Assembly: GCA_964543035.1 (NCBI GenBank)
Contig: CAZIVL010000001.1
Location: 433,736 to 489,034, forward strand
DNA from: an uncultured Gammaproteobacteria bacterium
GTDB lineage: Bacteria; Patescibacteriota; Microgenomatia; CAZETR01; Amesbacteraceae
Direction: 5' to 3'
Length of the DNA: 55,299 bases
The position numbers and the translations under genes are program-made. The notes under the pieces are model-generated. The model did not search any database, was not told the origin of the DNA, and saw only the letters and a program-made list of their open reading frames with translations. Below are positions 24,428-32,061 of this stretch, in pieces. Position 1 is the first letter of the stretch. Each line of letters starts with the position of its first letter.

Positions 24428-24787
24428 ATGCAAAAGACTAGTTTCAAAGACATTGATCAATACATAGCCACTTTCCCCAAAGATATCCAGTCTCGTCTCC
24501 AAAAGATACGCGAGACCATTCACGACACTGCTCCTAACGCCACCGAAGCCATCAGTTACCAAATGCCCACCTTTAAGCTGGGTGGCAAAAACTTGGTCCA
24601 CTTCGCCGGATTCAAAAACCACATTGGTATATATCCATTCCCATCTACTATAGAAGCTCTAACAAAAGAGCTTGCTCTCTACAAAACCAGCAAGGGTACC
24701 ATCCAGTTCCAACATTCAGACTCTATTCCTTTCGATTTACTCAAAAAGGTCGTCAGAGCGAGAGTAGCGGAGCGAACTTCTGCCTAA
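24428..24787 (+). CDS. DUF1801 (YdhG-like) domain protein
   Basis: FKDIDQYIATFPKDIQSRLQKIRETIHDTAPNATEAISYQMPTFKLGGKNLVHFAGFKNHIGIYP is the DUF1801 pattern. Confidence 0.7.
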   Translation: MQKTSFKDIDQYIATFPKDIQSRLQKIRETIHDTAPNATEAISYQMPTFKLGGKNLVHFAGFKNHIGIYPFPSTIEALTKELALYKTSKGTIQFQHSDSIPFDLLKKVVRARVAERTSA

Positions 24788-25277
24788 GCTCAACTAATTT
24801 TGGTTCAATGACCGCCTGGCAATACATAGCATCCTTGTGTGACTCGTAATATTTCTTGTGATAGTCTTCAGCTTCAAAAAATTCTGTAGCTGGTTCTACA
24901 GTTGTGACCACGCTTATTCCTTCACTCCTTAATTGTTCGACCATCTTTATCGCTTCGTCTTGTTGTTCTTCATTTGTAAAAAAGATTACTGACTTGTATT
25001 GTGTCCCCTCATCTGCCCCTTGTTTATTTAAACTAGTTGGATCATGTACTACAAAAAATACTTCCAGTATTTTTTCCACGCTTATGATTTCAGGATCAAA
25101 TCCAATTTTTGCCACCTCAACATGTCCAGTCTGCCCTGTACACACTTGCTCATAAGTAGGCGATGGCACCCTCCCTCCCATGTACCCCGGCACGACAGAA
25201 GTCACACCTTTTAAAGAAGCAAATACTGCCTCGGTGCACCAAAAGCACCCAGCCCCCAGATATATAGTTTCAGTCAT
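24753..25277 (-). CDS. msrA: peptide-methionine (S)-S-oxide reductase
   Basis: The GAGCFWCTEAVF active-site motif near the N-terminus, plus YHKKYY. Confidence 0.9.
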   Translation of the reverse strand: MTETIYLGAGCFWCTEAVFASLKGVTSVVPGYMGGRVPSPTYEQVCTGQTGHVEVAKIGFDPEIISVEKILEVFFVVHDPTSLNKQGADEGTQYKSVIFFTNEEQQDEAIKMVEQLRSEGISVVTTVEPATEFFEAEDYHKKYYESHKDAMYCQAVIEPKLVELRQKFAPLLSL

Positions 25278-25636
25278 TTGGCAGGGACAAACTTCATACT
25301 AATAGAGTTTACGCAGTGTCTCAAGTTTTTGGCCGTCATGCCCTCGCCTGCAAACACGTGTCCCAGATGGGCGCCACATTTTGCACAAGTGATTTCGGTT
25401 CTACTTCCATCCGTATCCACACTTCTTTTTATGGATCCCTCTATTTCATCATCAAAGCTGGGCCATCCGCAATAAGCATTGAACTTGTCTTGAGAACAAA
25501 ATAGGGGACTGTCACACCTTTTGCACACATACGTACCCGTTTCCCAAAAATCCTCATACTCTCCCGAAAATGGCACCTCGGTACCCTTGTCTTCAATGAC
25601 TCGTTTTTCTTCTTCAGTCAGTTTATTTATCTTCAT
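25274..25636 (-). CDS. msrB: peptide-methionine (R)-S-oxide reductase
   Basis: Two CxxC zinc motifs (CKRCDSPLF, CAKCGAHLGHVF) and the catalytic RHCVNS. Confidence 0.9.
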   Translation of the reverse strand: MKINKLTEEEKRVIEDKGTEVPFSGEYEDFWETGTYVCKRCDSPLFCSQDKFNAYCGWPSFDDEIEGSIKRSVDTDGSRTEITCAKCGAHLGHVFAGEGMTAKNLRHCVNSISMKFVPAK

Positions 25637-26732
25637 CGATGCAATCAGTTCCCAGACCTCCTACACAATTTTCAGTCGGGGGCTTACCCCGCTCAGGACA
25701 AGTCTCAGAGTATATACAGGCTTTGTCTTCTACTTGTTTTATTTGAGCATCTGACAATTTGTTTGTCCCAATCACGATTTGGTCTAGATCCGCCACTACA
25801 TATTCTTCTGGTCTTGTGGTCATCCTCTTACCATTGACCGCCCATTCTAGTTGAGTGGGGATGCTTTCACCCAAAGAAGTAAATAGCTGTCCCAACGTTG
25901 CTCCCTTTTTATGTATATGAATTATTTTGCCATTTCCATCATGAAAATGGATATCCACATGCTTTTCCATAAACCTCTCATTGGAGTAATCCAACATCTT
26001 TCCATCGTCAGAAAAAACAGCCAAGTCAGCATGAATGTGAATCTTGTCACTAGTCTGTGTCTTTGCCATCTCCCCTTCGATTATTTTTTTAAACTGGTCT
26101 AGTCCTCCCGGTAGCACTATATTTTCACCATTTACATAAAAGGTGGGAGTAGCATTGACCCCCAGATCTTCTCCTGACTTTTGCTGCGCTCGCACCAGAT
26201 TTATAACTGACTCAGAGTACATATCTGTCTTGGCTTTCTCCCAATCCAGACCCACTTCTTTGGCATATTTTGAAAATTCTGCATCTGTATTTTTGGCGTC
26301 ACTCCAAGCTTTTTGGTTTTCAAACAACTTGGCATACACTTCCCAAAACTTGCCTTGATTTGCGGCTGCTTGAGAAAATGTAGACGCAGACCACGCGTTA
26401 GCATGGATCGAAGTCAGGGGAAAATGCCTATACACCAGCCTCAATTGTGTGGGGTAGTCTTTCACTAGCTGCTCGATTATTGGGTAGTAAGCCGCACAAG
26501 AAGGACACTGAAAGTCAGAGTATTCGACCAAAGTTACTTGAGCATCTTTACTTCCCTTGACCATATCCTGATTTGTGACCTCTAACAATTTTGTATTTTC
26601 TTCTCCGGAACTTGTCGGATTATTTCTACTCGCCAAAAATATCCCCCCTCCAAGCAATACCACACAGGCCACTATTATTCCTATAACTATGCGCTTATCC
26701 ACAGACGAGTATTCTAAATCATCTATCCACAA
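25623..26732 (-). CDS. membrane-anchored DsbA-family thioredoxin-fold oxidoreductase with a His-rich and Cys-rich C-terminal extension
   Basis: TM helix, VTLVEYSDFQCPSCAAYYP (CxxC), GVNATPTFYVNG. Extra C-terminal ~140 aa with HIHADLAVF..HVDIHFHDGNGKIIHIHKKG and CIYSETCPERGKPPTENCVGGLGTDC. Confidence 0.75.
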   Translation of the reverse strand: MWIDDLEYSSVDKRIVIGIIVACVVLLGGGIFLASRNNPTSSGEENTKLLEVTNQDMVKGSKDAQVTLVEYSDFQCPSCAAYYPIIEQLVKDYPTQLRLVYRHFPLTSIHANAWSASTFSQAAANQGKFWEVYAKLFENQKAWSDAKNTDAEFSKYAKEVGLDWEKAKTDMYSESVINLVRAQQKSGEDLGVNATPTFYVNGENIVLPGGLDQFKKIIEGEMAKTQTSDKIHIHADLAVFSDDGKMLDYSNERFMEKHVDIHFHDGNGKIIHIHKKGATLGQLFTSLGESIPTQLEWAVNGKRMTTRPEEYVVADLDQIVIGTNKLSDAQIKQVEDKACIYSETCPERGKPPTENCVGGLGTDCIDEDK

Positions 26733-26752
26733 CTGACAACCAACAATTAGTT

Positions 26753-27925
26753 CTAAGGTGTGGGTCTCAATCTCCCAAAAGTAAATGATGAATAATCACT
26801 CAAAATATCCTCAAACAAAGTTTGAAGGATGTCAGATAGTTGGGTAGCATCCACAGCGTCATAAAAATTGGTCGCATATTTTTCCAACATCTCTTTTGTA
26901 GTCTGGGGGACCTGGACAGAAATTGTAACCGCATATGCATCTACCTCAGGATTCCGAAGCCCTAGTTTGTTTATCTCAGAGACTAGCACGTTTGTCCTAC
27001 CCAAATTACAAGCCGCAAAATCGTTTGCACTGCTCTCACAAGGATTATTGAAGTTGCATCCCGCAATCGCTCCACAATAATTCATTGCGATTCCGCTCGA
27101 TGTGGGATTGTTAGTATTTGGCTCTCCATCAGTAATTATTATTTCAATCTTTTTTAGTCGATCATTAGGAACAGGGTAGTTATTTGCAAAATAGTTATGC
27201 ATAAACTCAAGTCCTCCTCCTACATTGGTTCCACCAGAGTTCAAAGGTGCAGCACATGCCGGACTATTTTCTTGCCTATCTGCAAACTGGGTGGTAATGA
27301 CAGTTCGAAGAGCCGTCATATCTTGAGTCGGCTGCATGATCCATTTGTTAGTAATACCAAAGGTAGCCAAACCCAATCTCAAAAGTGGCAGCTCACCACC
27401 CGAGTTAAAGTTTGCCACCTCATCCACAAAAGCCAGGGCCGCCACCCGAGCCTCATGAAGCCTGGTCGTACAACTAGTTCCACTACAATTTGCATCTGCC
27501 CTCGTATTCATGCTCCCCGTACAGTCGATGTTCATTACCATATCCACTTGGTCATACAGTGCCTGAGAAGACACTTGAGCTTCCCTTACCAATCTCAGGC
27601 TAGTAGTCGCAAACTGCCTTTGTGCTACCACATCCATCGTGTATCTGTTTCCCTCTTGCACTCCCGTAGTGTCCAATACTGTACCATCAGCCAGCGTCTC
27701 TTGGATCGCAAATGGAAAGACAAAAGCATTAGGATAAGCCCCCAAAAATTTGGCCAACAAATCATTTATTCTGCTTTCGGCTGTGTAACCGGCTTTCAAT
27801 ACATCTACTAGAGCCGTTGATCTCTGTATCCCCAAAAGCAATCTCGCTTGCCATGCAGTCACCACAAACACACCTACCATTGATACCAAAAATACAGTTA
27901 TTAGAGTAGCAATTCCTTTTTTCAT
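26753..27925 (-). CDS. N-terminally anchored von Willebrand factor A (vWA) domain protein, pilus-associated by context
   Basis: TM helix ATLITVFLVSMVGVFVV. MIDAS-like MVMNIDCTGSM and IEIIITDGEPN. Its stop overlaps the upstream pilin gene. Confidence 0.7.
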   Translation of the reverse strand: MKKGIATLITVFLVSMVGVFVVTAWQARLLLGIQRSTALVDVLKAGYTAESRINDLLAKFLGAYPNAFVFPFAIQETLADGTVLDTTGVQEGNRYTMDVVAQRQFATTSLRLVREAQVSSQALYDQVDMVMNIDCTGSMNTRADANCSGTSCTTRLHEARVAALAFVDEVANFNSGGELPLLRLGLATFGITNKWIMQPTQDMTALRTVITTQFADRQENSPACAAPLNSGGTNVGGGLEFMHNYFANNYPVPNDRLKKIEIIITDGEPNTNNPTSSGIAMNYCGAIAGCNFNNPCESSANDFAACNLGRTNVLVSEINKLGLRNPEVDAYAVTISVQVPQTTKEMLEKYATNFYDAVDATQLSDILQTLFEDILSDYSSFTFGRLRPTP

Positions 27926-28377
27926 GGTGCAATAAGTGATGTAGTCTTGCGAACCGAAGTAACTATTTTTATAGTATCGGTTCTCAAAGCGTTGTTGGCA
28001 TCTTCCAAGCTCACATCGATTTGTAATGACGGATAATCCACATTTGCTGAGAAATCTTGGATCTCAAACTTAGTTACTTTTACTCCCTCGGACGTAAAAG
28101 GGTCTTCATTTTTATACAGTCTTCCATCTGCGCGCAAAGAATATACACTTTCGTCAATTATTAGATTTCCACCATCTCTTTCTACGCTGGTGGCCCACCG
28201 AACAGCATTAGACAATAGCAATATGGTGTCATTTTTTGTCCTCTCAAACATTTCTAGTTGCTTGGATCTGGTATCCGAAGTATAAAAAGTCACCATAAGT
28301 GAGCTCACTATCAAAAAAACAATCGAGGCCAGCCCCAAAGACACCAAGATTTCAATTAGAGTTGTTCCTCTTCTCAT
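27922..28377 (-). CDS. prepilin-type N-terminal cleavage/methylation domain protein (pseudopilin)
   Basis: MRRG/TTLIEILVSLGLASIVFLIV is the class III signal (G-x-T-L-I-E). Confidence 0.8.
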   Translation of the reverse strand: MRRGTTLIEILVSLGLASIVFLIVSSLMVTFYTSDTRSKQLEMFERTKNDTILLLSNAVRWATSVERDGGNLIIDESVYSLRADGRLYKNEDPFTSEGVKVTKFEIQDFSANVDYPSLQIDVSLEDANNALRTDTIKIVTSVRKTTSLIAP

Positions 28378-28856
28378 TGTGACAGGCTTGTAACTAACAG
28401 CGAAGTCTCAAGCTTCTTTTCTACCCCTGATTCTAACCAAGATATCTCAGTCGTCACTCTCTTACTAAATAAATCAATTTCAGAAGAAGATCCGCAAGGC
28501 AATTCTGCTCCAGTTCCCGTATCTCGACACACATCCGAGACTCTAATAGATCTCCCAAACTTCGCCTCCAAGCCTACCTCAGTCCCAGAAACTAATTCCC
28601 ATATAGGCCTTCCACTTATGTCCACACCCACGGCCGGATGATAGATTCCAGGCGTCACATCCCAATTAGACTGCAATACATTATAGGCAATTTCTACTCC
28701 TTCCATGAGCAGATTTCCGGCCAACTGATTTGTCTTGTTAGCATGTGATTTTGTAACCAGCCATCCAATAGTAGGCAAAAGTGTCGCAGAGATAATAGAG
28801 ATTACGGCTATTGCAATAATGACCTCAACTACTGAAAATCCCAATCTTTTTTTCAT
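28374..28856 (-). CDS. prepilin-type N-terminal cleavage/methylation domain protein (pseudopilin)
   Basis: MKKRLG/FSVVEVIIAIAVISIISATL class III signal with conserved E5. Confidence 0.8.
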   Translation of the reverse strand: MKKRLGFSVVEVIIAIAVISIISATLLPTIGWLVTKSHANKTNQLAGNLLMEGVEIAYNVLQSNWDVTPGIYHPAVGVDISGRPIWELVSGTEVGLEAKFGRSIRVSDVCRDTGTGAELPCGSSSEIDLFSKRVTTEISWLESGVEKKLETSLLVTSLSQ

Positions 28857-29290
28857 CTTATTTCTACTGTTCCAGATTTGTTAACAACTACTTCAACTAT
28901 GTTCCCCCGAGGAGCAGTAAGCCTAATTGCCTCAAAAGCGTCCGCTTCTCCCGTGTCCACAAAAAACCAGACGTCAAAGCCTGGTTGCCCAAATCGAGTG
29001 GGGGAGGCTAGGCTGAACTCAGCCTCCACATCAGTTCCTCTTGCGTCTCGAGAGACCATCTCATAACTTACAGCGTCTTTTTGTCTGACCCCCCATATTT
29101 TTTGATCTTTTGCTTCGCGGGAGTAGATATGAGTCCTCGTCAAAATAGATGACAAGATGTCAGCACTAGCGTTCAAAGCCTGTTTTTGCCTATAAGCAGT
29201 AATTCCCAAAACCGTTGGCACCAAAAAAATGGCCAAAAGTGCTAGCACCAAAATCATTTCAACGATCGTCAGGGCAGTTCGATTTTTCAT
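28853..29290 (-). CDS. prepilin-type N-terminal domain protein (GspH/FimT-like pseudopilin)
   Basis: MKNRTA/LTIVEMILVLALLAIFLV, with 4-nt overlaps chaining the three pilin genes. Confidence 0.7.
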   Translation of the reverse strand: MKNRTALTIVEMILVLALLAIFLVPTVLGITAYRQKQALNASADILSSILTRTHIYSREAKDQKIWGVRQKDAVSYEMVSRDARGTDVEAEFSLASPTRFGQPGFDVWFFVDTGEADAFEAIRLTAPRGNIVEVVVNKSGTVEIR

Positions 29291-29297
29291 AAAGATA

Positions 29298-29729
29298 CTA
29301 CTTCAAAGCCACTTCCAGGCTCGCAGTCTGCAATACAAACTCCGGTGGCAAAATCTGTGTGCTATCTGTGTCTATTGTGACCGTACCTGCACCACCCAAA
29401 GAAGTCACCCGAAATCTTCCCACTTCAGTCCTCCCCAAAAAAGCTTGGGCAAAATTCACACCAGCCTTGTCCGTCTCTATTTGTCCCGATACCACAAACG
29501 GGATATCCACATTCCCCACCAATTTTTTCAGAGCTTCAGATTCCACCATCACTTTTACACTCACCGATTGCCCAGGAGAGAGAATGACTGATGCCGGCTC
29601 AAACCAAATTCTAAGAATAGGGTTCGCGTCAGCAGAAGCAGATATAAACATTCTTTCCTTCAGAGTCGCTCCAAATATGACAACAGGCAGCAATGCTGCT
29701 ACTATTAAAAATGACGATAATGTTTTCAT
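29298..29729 (-). CDS. exported hypothetical protein (beta-rich; first gene of the pseudopilin operon)
   Basis: The start is taken at ATG 29729 (MKTLSSFLIVAALLPVVIFG signal). The track start 29807 would overlap the divergent gene. Confidence 0.55.
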   Translation of the reverse strand: MKTLSSFLIVAALLPVVIFGATLKERMFISASADANPILRIWFEPASVILSPGQSVSVKVMVESEALKKLVGNVDIPFVVSGQIETDKAGVNFAQAFLGRTEVGRFRVTSLGGAGTVTIDTDSTQILPPEFVLQTASLEVALK

Positions 29730-29763
29730 GATAGTATTAGTTATACAACAATAAATTTCCAAA

Positions 29764-32061
29764 ATGAACAAGCATACTGCCATATCGCTTCTCGCCACAA
29801 TTCTCATTTTGGTGTCAGCTTTTTTTGGGATTCAACTTTTGGTCAAGCGCGTCAATCTAAATAGTCAGGCCGACTCTACCATCGCCTCTTTGGAGACAGA
29901 ATTGGGAACTCGAATTCGAAGCATCACCCAAAGATCGGATACCACAGCCTCAGGGGGTTCATATATAGAGTTTGGTTCACCCACCTCACCCACAAATACT
30001 CCCGCTCCCATTACAGGTATCCGCCACATCGCCTCCACAAATGCCAAATCAGCCAAAGGTGTTACCTCAATTACGGTATCCCGACCAGCCGGTATCCAGG
30101 CTGGTGATATTTTACTGGCCACCATGCAATCTGATTATGGTGAAATGCCCAGAGAAAGTGCTGGTTCAATTCCTACCGGATGGAATTTAGTCAACAACGA
30201 CACGGATGGCCAAAATAGTGATCTATCTACCAGAGCTTATTGGAAAGTGGCTACCAATTCTGAACCCAGCAGTTACACTTGGCCAATTTTCAATGCTCAA
30301 ACTATTGCCATTGCCGGAGGAACTATTTCAATTTTCAGAGGAGTAGACACAGTCAATCCTATATTCGCCTGGGCTGCAAACCCAGAATCCTCAGGTCAAT
30401 TTGAACAAACATGTCCCTCAGTCAATTCGCCAGCAGCCGGCATGCTTGTTTGTTTCTTTTCCCACGACGATCCACCCAGGATCAATGTCACAACCAACAA
30501 TACAGGTCTTACCGAAATCAGCTATTTTCAAATCCCAGTCGACCCCAATTATGGTTTCGACGATTCTCACGAGACATCGTATCAGTTGAGACCCTCTTCA
30601 GGTCAGACAGGCGCAAAAACGGCCTATCTTGAAAACTCGTCCAAGGATGGCAACGATCACACTATTGCCATAGTACTACGCCCCTCAGGATCCACACCGC
30701 TTCCCACCGTTACGCCTGGCACGACGATTATTCCGACCAGCGGTCCCACAGCCACTCCAGCTCCTCCTCCAGCCGCAGGCTTCGTGACCAAACAACCAGG
30801 AAGACTTATGGTAAACGGTCAAGAGTTTAAATTTGCAGGGGCAAATATGTCATGGCTTGCTATGCGCACGGATGGAGGATACACCACAGACGCAGAAATT
30901 GATGATGCCTTAAACACAGCCGTCGAAATGGGCATCAAAGTGATTAGGTCTCATACTTTGGGCGTATCCGTCGGTTGTTCCCGTTGTATCAAACCAAGCA
31001 AAAATCAGATCAACAACCAAGCTTTCCGCAGCATTGATTACGCCATCAAGAGAGCAGGGGAATTGGGTATATATCTCATCATCCCATTCTCAGACCAAGC
31101 CGGCGGCGGAGGATACTACAGTGGAGGAAATCGTATCTTTGCCAGTTGGGAAGGAGTCAGTACCGACGCTTTTTATACCAATGACGCTGTCATCCAAAAT
31201 TACAAAGATTATGTCTCTCTAATTATCGACCATGTCAACCAATTTACCGGCACACCCAACTGGGACAACCCTTGGATACTAGCCTGGGAGACAGGCAACG
31301 AGATGCGCTCTGCTCCTTGTAGTTGGACTCGCGAAGCGTCAGCTTTTATCAAGTCCAAAGATTCAAGACATCTAGTTCTTGATGGCAATGACTTTTTCAA
31401 AGATTCACCCACAAATTGTAATGACCAAAGTTACTTGAGCATCGGTACAGTCGACATATTCCAAACCCATCATTACCCACTAAGCACTGCCAATATGATT
31501 TCCCACGCCAATCTGGCGGCAAACAATGGCAAAGCCTTTATCGAAGGAGAAAATGGCATCGTCGATGGCACTGGAGCCGGAGCCCTAACCACCATGTACG
31601 GAATAGTTGAAGGCAACAACAAAGTCTCAGGTAGTCTTTTCTGGCAATTCTTTGGTCACGCCGACGTCCGCGGATATCTTGCCGGTAATTCTGCCTTTAC
31701 TCTTCATTACCCTGGAGAGTCAGCAGACACTCGTCAAAAGACAGCTGACTTTAGAACCCACGCTTACAGACTCAGAGGACAATCAGTTCCCGCCAGCCGC
31801 GTCACAGCAAGCCCAGTTCTTCACACAATAAACAGTAATCAGATTTCCTGGCGTGGTGTCCCAGCAGCTGATGGTTACAGGATCGAAAGATCCACCAACG
31901 GCACTACCTGGACCCAAATAGGAACAGTAGCCCACGATGGCCAAGTTCCCTGGACCGATAGCACAACTCAATCAGGCACTCTATACTATTATCGTGTGCG
32001 AGCCGTAAATCGTGACGGTGTCGCTGGAGCCTACTCAAATGTTCAACAATATCAAAGATAA
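29764..32061 (+). CDS. exported glycoside hydrolase family 5-like enzyme (mannanase/cellulase type) with an N-terminal unknown domain, PT linker and C-terminal fibronectin type III domain
   Basis: N-terminal TM/signal. Linker PLPTVTPGTTIIPTSGPTATPAPPPAAG. GH5-like NPWILAWETGNEM. FN3 text YRIERSTNGTTWTQIG...GTLYYYRVRAVN. Confidence 0.7.
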   Translation: MNKHTAISLLATILILVSAFFGIQLLVKRVNLNSQADSTIASLETELGTRIRSITQRSDTTASGGSYIEFGSPTSPTNTPAPITGIRHIASTNAKSAKGVTSITVSRPAGIQAGDILLATMQSDYGEMPRESAGSIPTGWNLVNNDTDGQNSDLSTRAYWKVATNSEPSSYTWPIFNAQTIAIAGGTISIFRGVDTVNPIFAWAANPESSGQFEQTCPSVNSPAAGMLVCFFSHDDPPRINVTTNNTGLTEISYFQIPVDPNYGFDDSHETSYQLRPSSGQTGAKTAYLENSSKDGNDHTIAIVLRPSGSTPLPTVTPGTTIIPTSGPTATPAPPPAAGFVTKQPGRLMVNGQEFKFAGANMSWLAMRTDGGYTTDAEIDDALNTAVEMGIKVIRSHTLGVSVGCSRCIKPSKNQINNQAFRSIDYAIKRAGELGIYLIIPFSDQAGGGGYYSGGNRIFASWEGVSTDAFYTNDAVIQNYKDYVSLIIDHVNQFTGTPNWDNPWILAWETGNEMRSAPCSWTREASAFIKSKDSRHLVLDGNDFFKDSPTNCNDQSYLSIGTVDIFQTHHYPLSTANMISHANLAANNGKAFIEGENGIVDGTGAGALTTMYGIVEGNNKVSGSLFWQFFGHADVRGYLAGNSAFTLHYPGESADTRQKTADFRTHAYRLRGQSVPASRVTASPVLHTINSNQISWRGVPAADGYRIERSTNGTTWTQIGTVAHDGQVPWTDSTTQSGTLYYYRVRAVNRDGVAGAYSNVQQYQR

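Noticed and set aside
27197-27811. 204-aa plus-strand ORF antisense to the vWA gene, and 42934-43476 antisense to the aminotransferase-like gene
   Set aside because: No motifs and Ser/Arg/His-rich composition. The opposite-strand genes are well supported.
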